Below, one piece after another: positions 1 through 10,664 of a stretch of DNA of 64,000 nt (position 1 is its first letter; each line of letters opens with the position of its first letter). Below the pieces are notes generated by a model, which was not told the origin of the DNA, searched no databases, and worked only from the letters and a program-made list of their open reading frames with translations. Source of the stretch: Bacillota bacterium (lineage in GTDB: Bacteria; Bacillota; Halanaerobiia; Halanaerobiales; Halanaerobiaceae). Both the position numbers and the translations under genes were made by a program. Location: NCBI GenBank assembly GCA_051746665.1, contig JBNJFG010000003.1:474-64473 (forward strand), read 5' to 3'.

Positions 1-2
1 CT

Positions 3-731
3 TTAATTCGCTGTGTTAACCGTCTGGTTGAAGCGACAGAAGGAGAAATAATTTTACAAGATCAAGATATTAATAAATTGAATAAAAAAGAATTAAAAAA
101 TAAAAGAAGAAAAATGGGTATGATTTTTCAGGAATATGCCTTAGTTGAAAGATTAACGGTTATGGAAAATGTTCTTTCCGGTCGACTGGGATATTTATCT
201 TTTTGGAGGGCCTGGCTGCGCAAATTTCCTCAAAAAGATATTAATCAGGCTTATCAGCTTTTAGAAAGACTGGGGCTGAAAGAACATGTTAATAAAAGAT
301 CAGATCATTTATCAGGTGGTCAGCGACAGCGGGTTGGAATCGCTCGAGCCCTGATTCAGGATCCTGATTTACTTTTAGTTGATGAACCAACAGCAAGTCT
401 TGATCCTAAAACAGCAAGACAGATAATGCGACTAATAACAGAGATGGCGGGAGAAAGAAATTTGGCTGCTTTAATTAATATTCACGATGTACTGCTTGCA
501 AGAGAATATGTTAGCAGAATTATAGGTATGAGAAAAGGCCAGATTGTTTTTGATGGCAGTCCTTCAGATTTAAATAAAGACACTTTAACTACAATTTATG
601 GAGAAGAAGATTGGGAAAATTTAAATAAAAAAAAGAAAAAAGAAGAAAATAATACTTATCTTAAAGGGGGTAATGATTTTGCTGACAGAGAACAAAGTGA
701 AATACAGCTGGCAGCGTCCTCATCTAATTAA
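3..731 (+). CDS. phnC: Phosphonate ABC transporter ATP-binding protein (5' end truncated by the window edge)
   Basis: Frame is open from base 3 ([14 protein letters not shown]); signature [15 protein letters not shown], Walker [13 protein letters not shown]; followed by two phnE-like genes. Confidence 0.9.
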   Translation, partial: LIRCVNRLVEATEGEIILQDQDINKLNKKELKNKRRKMGMIFQEYALVERLTVMENVLSGRLGYLSFWRAWLRKFPQKDINQAYQLLERLGLKEHVNKRSDHLSGGQRQRVGIARALIQDPDLLLVDEPTASLDPKTARQIMRLITEMAGERNLAALINIHDVLLAREYVSRIIGMRKGQIVFDGSPSDLNKDTLTTIYGEEDWENLNKKKKKEENNTYLKGGNDFADREQSEIQLAASSSN

Positions 732-1485
732 AAGTAAAAATAAAAGAATAATAATTTTTTCATTACTTGCTGCTTATTTAATTTTTACTTTTATTTCTCT
801 AAGAATAGATCCACAGAGAATTTTACTCGGTTTAAGTAGAAGTCAGAAATATTTTGGAGATTTTTTTAAACCAGACTTTATTTCTCGTTGGGATTCAATT
901 GTTGATGGAATTGTAGAGAGTCTAACAATGACCTATATAGCAACTGTATTTGGAATTATAATTTCAATCCCTTTTGCTTTTGGAGCTGCAGAAAATATAT
1001 CTCCTAAACCTATTTATTATATCTCTCGGGCAGTTATAGTTATTTCCAGAAGTTTTCAAGAAGTAGTTATTGCAATTTTTTTCGTGGTTATTATTGGTTT
1101 TGGACCAATGGCAGGGGTTTTAACATTAACCTTCAGCAGCATTGGGTTTCTAGCAAAATTACTGGCAGAAGAAATAGAAGATATTGATTGGAACCAGGTT
1201 GAAGCTGTTAAAGCAACCGGAGCTTCCTGGCCGCAGTTAATGACTTATGCTATATTCCCACAAATTTTACCACGTTTTATTGGCTTAGCAGTTTATAGAC
1301 TTGATATTAATTTTAGAGCTTCAGCAGTAATTGGAGTTGTTGGAGCCGGAGGGATCGGTACAACTTTAAATGCAGCTTTTGATCGGTATGAGTTTGATTC
1401 CGCATCTGCGATTTTAATTGTAATGATTGGGATAGTACTTTTGGGAGAAATATTTTCATCTTTTATTAGAAAAAAAATGAAATAA
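673..1485 (+). CDS. phnE: Phosphonate ABC transporter permease
   Basis: Hydrophobic; EAA loop VEAVKATGA; [22 protein letters not shown] PhnE motif. Confidence 0.9.
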   Translation: MILLTENKVKYSWQRPHLIKSKNKRIIIFSLLAAYLIFTFISLRIDPQRILLGLSRSQKYFGDFFKPDFISRWDSIVDGIVESLTMTYIATVFGIIISIPFAFGAAENISPKPIYYISRAVIVISRSFQEVVIAIFFVVIIGFGPMAGVLTLTFSSIGFLAKLLAEEIEDIDWNQVEAVKATGASWPQLMTYAIFPQILPRFIGLAVYRLDINFRASAVIGVVGAGGIGTTLNAAFDRYEFDSASAILIVMIGIVLLGEIFSSFIRKKMK

Positions 1486-1511
1486 AATTAAATATAGAAA
1501 GGAGTTTTGCA

Positions 1512-2312
1512 ATGAAAACAAATAATTATAACTGGCAGTTAAAAGGCAGCCTTCGAATTATAAAAGAATTGTTCTTCTGGGCAGCTGGTATCTGGCTTTT
1601 TATTTACTGCTGGAATATTATATCAGCCCGTACAATGTGGCCTTTTGTTTATGATGGAGCTGAGCAGGCTATGAAATTATTAGCTAGAATGTTTCCACCA
1701 AATTGGTCTTATTTTATAGAACTTTTACGACCGATCTGGGATACAATTACAATTGCTACTTTAGGGACAATGGCTGCTATAATCTTTTCTTTATTTGTAG
1801 CATTTTTAGCTGCGGAAAATACAAGTCCAAATCCACTTTTAAGGCAGCTAGCACTACTGATAATTGTAACATCTCGTTCTGTTAGTTCTCTAATCTGGGC
1901 AATAATTTTAGTGATTATATTGGGGCCAGGTGTGCTGGCTGGTATAATAGCAATTTCTTTAAGGTCAATTGGATTTGTCTCAAAATTACTTTATGAAAGC
2001 ATAGAAGAAATAGATAAACAGCAGGTAGAAGCAGTTGAAGCTACTGGGGCTTCAAAATTTTCTACATTAATTTATTCAGTAGTGCCGCAGGTTTTTCCGT
2101 CTTTTGTCGGAACAGCAGTTTATCGTTGGGATATTAATATTCGAGAATCAACAGTTGTGGGACTTGTAGGTGCTGGTGGAATCGGTTTGCAGTTAAATGA
2201 GGCAATTTTAGGATTGAAATGGCCTGATGCTATAATAATTTTTATGATGATTTTGTCACTGGTACTCTTTTCTGAATTATTTTCAGCCAGGATTAGAAAA
2301 GTTCTTATCTAA
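1512..2312 (+). CDS. phnE: Phosphonate ABC transporter permease (second copy)
   Basis: VEAVEATGA; YRWDINIRESTVVGLVGAGGIG; RBS aaggag. Confidence 0.9.
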   Translation: MKTNNYNWQLKGSLRIIKELFFWAAGIWLFIYCWNIISARTMWPFVYDGAEQAMKLLARMFPPNWSYFIELLRPIWDTITIATLGTMAAIIFSLFVAFLAAENTSPNPLLRQLALLIIVTSRSVSSLIWAIILVIILGPGVLAGIIAISLRSIGFVSKLLYESIEEIDKQQVEAVEATGASKFSTLIYSVVPQVFPSFVGTAVYRWDINIRESTVVGLVGAGGIGLQLNEAILGLKWPDAIIIFMMILSLVLFSELFSARIRKVLI

Positions 2313-2382
2313 GTGCAGTTAGCGTTTACCTTTCCAATAATTGGAACGATAAACGGTAGGATAAATATAGGATAAAGTAAAC

Positions 2383-2422
2383 GGCCTTACAATCTTCTTA
2401 GTTGTAGGGCCTTTTACTTTTT
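2383..2422 (+). terminator. Intrinsic terminator after phn operon
   Basis: ggccttacaa...ttgtagggcc stem followed by ttttactttt. Confidence 0.7.
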
Positions 2423-2551
2423 AATTGAATATTTTAAGTTATAATATCTTTAGATTAGGATAAATTAACTTTATGAATATATTGATTTGAATTTAACAGT
2501 TAAATGAGTAAATTCATAAAAGTAATAATTTAATAGAACAGGAGTGGTTTT

Positions 2552-3130
2552 ATGACAGGTAAGAGATTTAATCCATCCAAAAAGAAAAAATTATTTTCAG
2601 AAAAAAGATTAAAAAGTTTAAAACCGGCTGAAATGCTGTCAGAGTTAAATTTAAAAGAGGGAGATATCTTTATTGATATAGGAGCAGGGAATGGATTTTT
2701 TTCACTTCCAGCTGCTGAAATAGTTGGGGAATCCGGCAAAGTATTTTCTGTTGATGTAGAAATTGATATGCTTTTAGATTTAAAGTACAGAGCCCAGCAG
2801 GCTGGACTGACAGATAGAATAGAAATCTGTAAAAGTGAGGATAATGATGCCAATTTGCATCAGGATGCAGACTTCATGCTTTTTGCCTATCTTTTTCATG
2901 AAGTAGAGGAAAAAGATAAATTCTTAGATAATTATTTAAGTTTTTTAAAGAAAGGTTCCAGAGTAGTATTTATTGAATGGGATCCTGAAAAGAGAGAAGA
3001 AGGCCCACCACTTGATCACCGCGTAAAAAGTGAGCAGCTAAAATCAATGTTATCAAAGAGGGATATAAAAAATATTGAAATAAAGAATATAGATTATAAT
3101 TCATATTTAATCAGCGGAATAAAAGTTTAA
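2552..3130 (+). CDS. Class I SAM-dependent methyltransferase
   Basis: Motif I IDIGAGNG, acidic residue at end of strand 2 (VFSVD), C-terminal EWD...GPP. Confidence 0.85.
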   Translation: MTGKRFNPSKKKKLFSEKRLKSLKPAEMLSELNLKEGDIFIDIGAGNGFFSLPAAEIVGESGKVFSVDVEIDMLLDLKYRAQQAGLTDRIEICKSEDNDANLHQDADFMLFAYLFHEVEEKDKFLDNYLSFLKKGSRVVFIEWDPEKREEGPPLDHRVKSEQLKSMLSKRDIKNIEIKNIDYNSYLISGIKV

Positions 3131-3162
3131 TAAATATAGAAAAATTTAATATAGCTTTATTT

Positions 3163-3196
3163 AAAGGACCTTTCTTTTCAAAAGGAAGGTTTTTTT
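3163..3196 (+). terminator. Intrinsic terminator
   Basis: acctttcttt/aaaggaaggt stem followed by T7. Confidence 0.6.
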
Positions 3197-3278
3197 ATTG
3201 AACTTTTAATTATTATATGTCATGATTTAATATAGGAAAGAAAAAATAACCTAAATATATAGATTAAGGTGGATAAAG

Positions 3279-4439
3279 ATGATAAAAAATAAACAGCGTT
3301 TAATGATATTAGCATTTACTATAATGATGATGAATGGAGTAGTTAATAATTTAAGATCTCAAGTTGGACCATATATAATAGAAGATTATGCTCTTAATTA
3401 CAGTCGACTTGGGATTTTATTATCATTTATTTCAATGGGAGCAATGCTACTTTATTTTCTGAGTGGAAAATTAATAGAAAAATTTGGACTTATCAAATTA
3501 CTGTTTTACGGGGTAATTTATAACACTGTCGCCTTGCTTTCTATTTATTTTTCAACAAATTATTATACACTAACAGCAGCCTTTTTTATACTTGGATCAG
3601 GTTTAACTCTTTTAAATATTGTTTCAGTAAATCTTATTTCAATATCTTATAGTAAAAATAGAGGCAAAATGATTAATCTTCTGCATCTATTTTATGGTCT
3701 TGGTGGTATTGTAGCTCCTTATTTTGTAACTTTTGTTATAAAAATTGGTTTTAGCTGGGCTCATTCCTTTTTATTTTCAATTGTTTTATTAGTTATTATT
3801 TTTATTGAATTTAAAACTGCATCTATTCCTGAAATCGAAGCCAGTGAAAATAAGACAATGAAAAGTACTAAAGAACTTCTTAAAGATATAAAGGTTATAT
3901 TATTTTCTTTAATAGTATTTTTGCAAATTGGTGTTGAATTTTCTATAGTTACCTGGTTGGCACCTTTTTTAAAAGATGTAGAAGGACGAACAGATCTAGA
4001 AATCAGTTTTTACATAGCATTATTTTTTATCACTTTTACTATTGGTAGACTTTTAGCAAGTTTTTTAGTTGAAAGAGTAGGATATTTTAATTTCATAATA
4101 TATACAGCAGGAGCTGCAGCATTGTTAATTACTTTTGCTTTAATAGGTGGAAAAAGTTTTACTATTTTAATTCCTATCTCAGGTATTTTCCTTGCAGCTC
4201 AAGTTCCTACAGCACAGGCAGCAATTTTAGATAGTTTTGGCATTAGTGGAATTAAAGTGGTTGGTTTTGCTCAGACTGCAGGAATGATTGGTTCTACAAT
4301 CCTTGCTAGCTGGGTAATAGGTTTTATTAATGATTTTATTGGTCTCAAAGCTGGTTTTATTATTGTAATAATTTCACTTATTGCAGATTTAATTATTACA
4401 TTTTATCTAAAGTATATAACTAATAAGACAGCAGCTTAA
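3279..4439 (+). CDS. MFS transporter (FucP/TsgA-like sugar permease)
   Basis: About 12 hydrophobic segments; GKLIEKFG motif A-like; NLLHLFYGLGGIVAP. Confidence 0.8.
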   Translation: MIKNKQRLMILAFTIMMMNGVVNNLRSQVGPYIIEDYALNYSRLGILLSFISMGAMLLYFLSGKLIEKFGLIKLLFYGVIYNTVALLSIYFSTNYYTLTAAFFILGSGLTLLNIVSVNLISISYSKNRGKMINLLHLFYGLGGIVAPYFVTFVIKIGFSWAHSFLFSIVLLVIIFIEFKTASIPEIEASENKTMKSTKELLKDIKVILFSLIVFLQIGVEFSIVTWLAPFLKDVEGRTDLEISFYIALFFITFTIGRLLASFLVERVGYFNFIIYTAGAAALLITFALIGGKSFTILIPISGIFLAAQVPTAQAAILDSFGISGIKVVGFAQTAGMIGSTILASWVIGFINDFIGLKAGFIIVIISLIADLIITFYLKYITNKTAA

Positions 4440-4447
4440 TTAAATAT

Positions 4448-4488
4448 AAAAGGACACTGCATTTTGATTATAAGCAGTGTCTTTTTTT
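4448..4488. terminator. Bidirectional terminator between convergent genes
   Basis: aaaaggacactgc...gcagtgtcttttttt. Confidence 0.7.
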
Positions 4489-4504
4489 AATTATTAAATT
4501 GTAA

Positions 4505-5224
4505 TTAAGCAGCAAAACCTTGATTAATTTTTATTTCGCGGCCAGATTCTTGATAAGAACTTTTTCTTTTATTGATTAGATAATCATTTATGAATTTTGA
4601 ATCATTATTTTCATTTATTTCACTGGAGCCTTTATTTTTGTCATCTTCACTACTGATATTTTTTTGATTTAACTCCGCTTGTGCCTCCATTTTCATTCTG
4701 GTAGCTTTAGCAGCAATTTGTAAGTCAGCACCAGAAGGTTGAGCCGGAGCGGTTGCAGCTCTTTTTATCTGCTCAGCTTTTTTAACAGTTTCCTCCGGAG
4801 TTTTAGCAGGAGAAGTTTCAATATCGACTGAACCACCAACTGCATAACGTCTATTATCTGGACCTGTTGTATAGCTATAAGAGGCTGAGCCAGCATACTG
4901 TCCACCCGCAGACTGATGAGCCATCTCATGAGTTCGTACTTCTCGATCTCGGCGTTTTAATTTTTCTATTTCCCGCTGTTCTGATTCACTAAACTCATTT
5001 CCAGTAGAATTTTCACTTTTATTTTCATGATTTTTGTTTTGCCCTTCAGCAGAGGTGGAAGAATTATCAACAGCATTATCAAAACTGTTATTTTGATCAT
5101 TTTTGTCTTCAGAAGTATTTAATCTTAAATCAATATCTTCTGATTGAGAGTTACTGTTATTTATATTTGATTTAATGGCCCAGCCGGGAACTGGTTGACT
5201 ATTTAATGATGACATCGCTAACAT
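4505..5224 (-). CDS. SprA-related family / putative HExxH metalloprotein
   Basis: RDREVRTHEMAH...GPD.RRYAVGG.V.I...AA.APAQPSGADLQIA core with low-complexity N/S-rich flanks. Confidence 0.75.
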   Translation of the reverse strand: MLAMSSLNSQPVPGWAIKSNINNSNSQSEDIDLRLNTSEDKNDQNNSFDNAVDNSSTSAEGQNKNHENKSENSTGNEFSESEQREIEKLKRRDREVRTHEMAHQSAGGQYAGSASYSYTTGPDNRRYAVGGSVDIETSPAKTPEETVKKAEQIKRAATAPAQPSGADLQIAAKATRMKMEAQAELNQKNISSEDDKNKGSSEINENNDSKFINDYLINKRKSSYQESGREIKINQGFAA

Positions 5225-5348
5225 TTAACTCACCTCTTTAAACACTTTTAATTATTATACTATATTTATAATTTTCAAGCAAATAAGATAAAAAATTAAA
5301 TTTTTGAGTTGAAATATTAATTGACTACTTTACTAATTAATAAAAAAT

Positions 5349-5386
5349 TGCTATAATAAACTTAGTTAATTTAATTAATTAACAAA
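5349..5386 (+). promoter_or_regulatory. Extended -10 promoter (TGcTATAAT) plus XylR/ROK-type 25-bp operator
   Basis: TATAAT at 5352-5357; imperfect palindrome ttagttaatt-taatt-aattaacaaa at 5362-5386 directly upstream of the ROK gene. Confidence 0.55.
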
Positions 5387-5400
5387 GAAATGAGTGACTG

Positions 5401-6549
5401 ATGATGAAAAAAGGTAGTTTTGAAAACATGAAAAAACAAAATCAGAAAAATATACTTTCTTTAATTAAGGATGAAGATGGTATATCACGTGCTCAAATAG
5501 CTGATAAATTGAGGATTTCTAGGGCTACAGTAACAAATATAGTTCGAGAATTAATTAGTTATGAGCTGGTTCAAGAATCAGCTGTTGGTAAATCTCGAGG
5601 TGGCCGCAGACCAATGCTTTTAAATTTAAAGTCAAAGGGTGCTTTTGTAATTGGAATTGAATGGGGAATTGATTCAGTGAAAGCAGTTTTGTTAAATTTA
5701 AAAGCAAAAATCATTGCTGATGATCAGATCAAGGTTAGGGGCCATGATTTTGAAGAATATAAGGACATTACTTTTAAATTAATAGAAAAATATCAAAGTC
5801 AGCTAGTGGATTCCACTAAAATAATTGGTATTGGCCTAGGAATTCATGGTCTAGTAGATCCCAAAAAAGGGCTTTCGATTTTCACTCCCCATTTTAACTG
5901 GAAGCAGATTAATATAAAAAAAATTATAGCTAGGGAATATAATTATCCAATTTTTATAGATAACGATGTTAGAATGATGGCTGCAGGTGAAATCTGGCAG
6001 GGAAGAGATGATTTTATTTTTATTAACACTGGTTCAGGAATTGGATCTGCTCTGGTTTTTAAAGCTAAACTTCATTATGGTAATAATTATGCAGCAGGTG
6101 AGTTAGGCCACATGAAAATAAAAGATGGGGGTCCTAAATGTCATTGTGGAAAAAATGGTTGTTTAGAATCATTAGCATCTAAAGAAAGTATAATTTTGAG
6201 ATATAAAAAGTTAAAAACAATTGACGATATTACTTTCAGAGAAATAATAAATCGTTACCAGGCTGATGAAAAAGAAGCATTATTAGTTGTTAATGATGCT
6301 TTAAATTATTTTGCAAGAGCTGTTTCAAATATTTTGAATATTTTAAATCCAGAAGCTGTTATTATAGGAGGATTATTTGCTGAATATGATCAAGTATTAT
6401 TAAATAAATTACATAAAATAATTAAAGAAGGATCATTAAATCAAATAGCTGATGATTTAAAAATAACAACAGCTTATTATAAAGATTTTGCTGGGGCGGT
6501 GGGAGCAGCTGAAAAAGTTTTGAATAATTTTTTTGAAATGAGAAATTAA
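5401..6549 (+). CDS. ROK family transcriptional repressor (XylR/NagC-like)
   Basis: N-terminal HTH (ISRAQIA...SRATVT...GGRRP); ROK signature GELGH...CHCGKNGCLE. Confidence 0.9.
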   Translation: MMKKGSFENMKKQNQKNILSLIKDEDGISRAQIADKLRISRATVTNIVRELISYELVQESAVGKSRGGRRPMLLNLKSKGAFVIGIEWGIDSVKAVLLNLKAKIIADDQIKVRGHDFEEYKDITFKLIEKYQSQLVDSTKIIGIGLGIHGLVDPKKGLSIFTPHFNWKQINIKKIIAREYNYPIFIDNDVRMMAAGEIWQGRDDFIFINTGSGIGSALVFKAKLHYGNNYAAGELGHMKIKDGGPKCHCGKNGCLESLASKESIILRYKKLKTIDDITFREIINRYQADEKEALLVVNDALNYFARAVSNILNILNPEAVIIGGLFAEYDQVLLNKLHKIIKEGSLNQIADDLKITTAYYKDFAGAVGAAEKVLNNFFEMRN

Positions 6550-6591
6550 AAGATTTTTTGACAATACGTTTTAAATTAAAGGGGGAAAATT

Positions 6592-7587
6592 ATGAACATT
6601 TTAGTCACAGGTGGAGCCGGTTATATTGGAAGTCATGTTGTAAAGGCACTGCTGAAAGAAGGGCATCAGGTTGTTAGTTTTGATAATTTACAAAAGGGTT
6701 ACAGAGATGCTGTTACTGGTGGTAAATTCATTGAAGGTGATCTAGCAGATAAAGAATTATTAAATCAGGTGATCCAGGAAAATGAAATAGAAGGTGTAAT
6801 TCATCTGGCAGCTGACAGTCTTGTTGGAGAGTCTATGGAAAAACCGGGTAAATATTATATAAATAATTTTGCGAATGGGATCAATCTACTGGAAGCAATG
6901 ATTAAAAATGATGTTAAAAATATTGTTTTTTCATCTACAGCAGCTGTTTATGGTGAACCAGATGAAATTCCAATTAAAGAAAACAATAAAACTGAACCAA
7001 CTAGTACTTATGGAGAAAGTAAATTATTTTTTGAAAAGGCATTAAAAAGATATGATGATATTTACGGTCTTAAATATGCTTCACTTCGTTATTTTAACGC
7101 AGCTGGAGCCGATCCAGAAGGAGATATTGGGGAAGCACATGATCCTGAAACCCATCTTATTCCAATTGTACTGCAGACTGCTTTAGGAATTAGAGATAAG
7201 ATCTATATTTTTGGTGATGATTATCCAACTCGTGATGGAAGCTGTATTAGAGATTATATTCATGTTAATGATTTAGCAGCAGCTCATGTGCTGGCAGTAG
7301 AAGCTCTAGCTGAAGGAAAAGAAAGCTCAATCTATAATCTTGGTAATGGAGAAGGATATTCTGTTAAAGAAGTCATTGATACAGTAAAAGAAGTTACTGG
7401 GCGTGAATTTGAGGTTGAAGTATCTGATAGAAGAGCTGGAGACCCTGCAGTTTTAATTGCAAGTTCTGATAAAATCCAAAAAGAATTAGACTGGCAGCCA
7501 GATTATACAGAATTAGAAAAAATAATTTCTACAGCCTGGAATTGGCATAAATCAGGCGGTTTTGAAAGGGGCGGTAATGATGAATAA
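6592..7587 (+). CDS. galE: UDP-glucose 4-epimerase
   Basis: GGAGYIGSH, FSSTAAVYG, YGESK, LRYFNAAGA, RDYIHV. Confidence 0.95.
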   Translation: MNILVTGGAGYIGSHVVKALLKEGHQVVSFDNLQKGYRDAVTGGKFIEGDLADKELLNQVIQENEIEGVIHLAADSLVGESMEKPGKYYINNFANGINLLEAMIKNDVKNIVFSSTAAVYGEPDEIPIKENNKTEPTSTYGESKLFFEKALKRYDDIYGLKYASLRYFNAAGADPEGDIGEAHDPETHLIPIVLQTALGIRDKIYIFGDDYPTRDGSCIRDYIHVNDLAAAHVLAVEALAEGKESSIYNLGNGEGYSVKEVIDTVKEVTGREFEVEVSDRRAGDPAVLIASSDKIQKELDWQPDYTELEKIISTAWNWHKSGGFERGGNDE

Positions 7588-8740
7588 ACAAGAATTATGG
7601 GACAAGTTTGGAAGAACATTTAAAGATATTGATTTAGAAAGTGGAGCTTATGCTGCTCCAGGAAGAGTAAATTTAATAGGTGAACATACAGATTATAATG
7701 ATGGTTTTGTGATGCCAATGGCGATTGAAAAAGAAATTACTATGCTGGCTCAGCTAAGACCTGATAGAAAAGTTAAATTTTATTCTTTAGATTATGATCA
7801 GATGGTGGAATATGATTTAGATAACTTAGAATATGATGAAGAAAATATTTGGGCTAATTATCTGCTGGGAGTTATTGATGAGATTCAGAAATTAGGTGAA
7901 AAGCTGCAGGGCTTTAATCTGATGTTTACTGGTAATATACCACAGGGATCGGGCTTAAGTTCTTCTGCAGCTTTAGAAGTAGTGACTGCTTTAGCAATTA
8001 CTGATCTTCATAAAATTAAAATAGATGGAGTGGAGATGGCTCTGCTGGCTCAGAGAGCAGAAAATGATTTTGTTGGGGTTCAGTGTGGAATTATGGACCA
8101 GTATATTTCTCGCCTCGGTCAAAAAGATCATGCACTTTTAATTGACTGTCGTACAAATGAATATGAGCTGGTACCATTTAAAAATGATAATTATCAAATA
8201 GTTATTTGTAATTCTAAAGTGGAAAGAGGTTTAGTTGATTCAGAATATAATCAGCGTCGAGAAGAATGCAATCAGGCAGTAGATTTTTTTGCTAAACATG
8301 AAAATAGTAAGATTACTGCTTTAAGAGATCTTGATTTAGAAACTGTGGAGAAATATAAAAATGAACTTTCTGAAAATGTTTATAAAAGAGCACATCATGT
8401 TGTCAGTGAAAATAAACGGGTATTAGAAAGCCAAAAAGCATTAAAAGCTAATGATATGCTTAAATTTGGTGAATTAATGTATGCTTCTCATAAAAGTTTA
8501 AGTAAAGATTATGAGGTTAGCTGTAAAGAATTAGATATTTTGGTTAATCTGGCAGCTGATGAAAATATAACAGGAGCCAGAATGACTGGGGCTGGTTTTG
8601 GTGGTTGTACTGTTAATTTAGTCAAAAAAGATAAACTAGACGACTTTGTGAAAAACATTAAAGTTAAATATAAAGAAAAAACCGGGATTGAGGCTGAGGT
8701 TTATGTTAGTAACCCTGGCAATGGAGCCAGAAAATTATAA
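7577..8740 (+). CDS. galK: Galactokinase
   Basis: APGRVNLIGEHTDYN, PQGSGLSSSAA, CGIMDQ, GARMTGAGFGG; start moved to the ATG after the RBS. Confidence 0.95.
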   Translation: MMNKQELWDKFGRTFKDIDLESGAYAAPGRVNLIGEHTDYNDGFVMPMAIEKEITMLAQLRPDRKVKFYSLDYDQMVEYDLDNLEYDEENIWANYLLGVIDEIQKLGEKLQGFNLMFTGNIPQGSGLSSSAALEVVTALAITDLHKIKIDGVEMALLAQRAENDFVGVQCGIMDQYISRLGQKDHALLIDCRTNEYELVPFKNDNYQIVICNSKVERGLVDSEYNQRREECNQAVDFFAKHENSKITALRDLDLETVEKYKNELSENVYKRAHHVVSENKRVLESQKALKANDMLKFGELMYASHKSLSKDYEVSCKELDILVNLAADENITGARMTGAGFGGCTVNLVKKDKLDDFVKNIKVKYKEKTGIEAEVYVSNPGNGARKL

Positions 8741-8801
8741 ATATATTATGTGTAATTTGGCTAAATAGTATATTTTAATTAAATTTTAGTGAGGTGAAAT
8801 T

Positions 8802-10646
8802 ATGTCAGAACCATTTTTTGAAATTATCAATCTTAATACTCCTAAAGAAAAAAATTCTAAACTCAATAATTTTAATTTAAAATTAAAAAAAGGAGAAGTT
8901 CATGCAGTTATTGGCCTTGAAGGTTCTGGCAAAAAGAATTTAACAAAAGCAATAGCAGGATTAATAAATGTCAAGGGTAGCTTTTATTTAGATAATAAAT
9001 TATTAGAAAATAAAATAGCTATCTTAAGAGAAAATGGAGTTGATTTTCTCTTTAACAGTTCTTCATTAGTTGAGCAATTATCTATAGAAGAAAACCTATG
9101 TTTAAATAATTATCCTAAATTTAGATTTTTACCATTTATTAATAAAATGAAAGCTAAAAAAAAGGCTGAAAAAATCTTAACTTTCATGGATTTAGATTTA
9201 AAACTCAAAAAAAATGTTTCAAATCTTTCTAAGGATGAAAAGAAACAGCTTTCGATAGCAAAAATACTTTATAATCAACCTAAAATAGTTATTATGCACG
9301 AGCCAACAGATAGTTTAAGTGTAGAATCTATAAAAAAATTCTACAATAAAATATATGAATATAAATCAACAGGTGGATCGATTATATATATAACTAAACA
9401 GTGGAAAGATGCTTTAAAAATTGCAGATAGGATATCTGTTATTTATATGGGTTCCATAATAGGAACTATTTCTAAAGCAGAAGCTAATTTAAATCAGAAT
9501 AAAATTTTAAATTTAATGCTTGGAAATTATGATAATGAAAACTCTAATTCACTTCTAGAAGATGAAACTCAAAAAATATTAAATACAGTTTTTAAAGCAA
9601 CAGAATTCTTAACCTCAAATTATGAACTTAAAGATGTTTTAAAACTGCTTGCTGAATACAGCAGTGATTTTACAAAAGCAGATAAGTGTGTAATCAAGTT
9701 AATAGATGAAAACACAAAATCTTTTATTGATACATTTAAATATGAATCAAACAAAAAAATTACTAGTGAAATAAAAAAAGAAAAGTTATTTGAAATCACC
9801 AGAAATGAAAAAATATTTTTTATTACAGAAGATGATAGAGGATTTGATGATATATTTGCAAATAAAAGCAGCAATGTAAAATCAATAATTGTAATTCCTG
9901 TATTAATAAGATCTCATGTGAGTGGTATTATTCAACTAGCCTTTAGTTATAAAAAATCTTATAATTATTCTAAAGAAGAAAATATATATTTAACAACTCT
10001 TGCTAAACAGGCTGCGATTGCAATTGAAGATACAAGATTAATGGGTAGGTCTACACTTTTACAGGAAAGTCATCATAGAATAAAAAATAATCTGCAGTAT
10101 ATAATTAGTTTAATAACTCTGCAGAAAGATTTTATTAATAAAAATCCGAAAAATACTGATGAGATTTTAACTAATATTATCTGCAGGATTAAAAGTATTG
10201 CAGCAGTACATGACCTTTTATCTAAAGATAGTTTAGGCAGAAGTATAATCAACTTACACGATATATTTGAGGTTATTATTGAATTTTTAAATAATAATAA
10301 AATAGAATTTAAAGTTAAAATAGATGATATTTTTATTTCTTATGCCAAAGCTTCAGCCACTGCTTTAGTTTTCAATGAGATTTTAAGTAACTGTATTGAA
10401 CATGCTTTTAAGGATAAAGAAGAGGGAGTTATAGAGATTTCATCATTTAAAAATAATAATCAGATAAAACTTATTGTTAAGGATAATGGTAGGGGTATTG
10501 ATGAAAACTTTAAGATTGAAGAACAAGAAAGTCTTGGTCTTTCAATTGTATATTCAATTATTAAACAGCAGTTTAAAGGTGATATAATAATTAATCCAAA
10601 TCAAGCTGGCCCGGGTACCAAAGTAGAAATAACTATACCTGAATAA
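8802..10646 (+). CDS. Fusion: degenerate sugar-ABC ATPase domain + GAF + HisKA_2-type histidine kinase
   Basis: N-terminal GEVHAVIGLEGSGKK...IMHEPT...IADRISV; GAF IIVIPVLIRSHVSGII...LAKQAAIAIE; H-box QESHHRIKNNLQ; N-box NEILSNCIEHAF; G-boxes DNGRG, SLGLSIV. Confidence 0.85.
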   Translation: MSEPFFEIINLNTPKEKNSKLNNFNLKLKKGEVHAVIGLEGSGKKNLTKAIAGLINVKGSFYLDNKLLENKIAILRENGVDFLFNSSSLVEQLSIEENLCLNNYPKFRFLPFINKMKAKKKAEKILTFMDLDLKLKKNVSNLSKDEKKQLSIAKILYNQPKIVIMHEPTDSLSVESIKKFYNKIYEYKSTGGSIIYITKQWKDALKIADRISVIYMGSIIGTISKAEANLNQNKILNLMLGNYDNENSNSLLEDETQKILNTVFKATEFLTSNYELKDVLKLLAEYSSDFTKADKCVIKLIDENTKSFIDTFKYESNKKITSEIKKEKLFEITRNEKIFFITEDDRGFDDIFANKSSNVKSIIVIPVLIRSHVSGIIQLAFSYKKSYNYSKEENIYLTTLAKQAAIAIEDTRLMGRSTLLQESHHRIKNNLQYIISLITLQKDFINKNPKNTDEILTNIICRIKSIAAVHDLLSKDSLGRSIINLHDIFEVIIEFLNNNKIEFKVKIDDIFISYAKASATALVFNEILSNCIEHAFKDKEEGVIEISSFKNNNQIKLIVKDNGRGIDENFKIEEQESLGLSIVYSIIKQQFKGDIIINPNQAGPGTKVEITIPE

Positions 10647-10664
10647 GGGAGTTGATTGATGTAA

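Noticed and set aside
2323-2355. Small hairpin cgttta..ttccaa-taa-ttggaa..taaacg after phnE
   Set aside because: No recognisable riboswitch consensus; lies in the 3' UTR before the terminator
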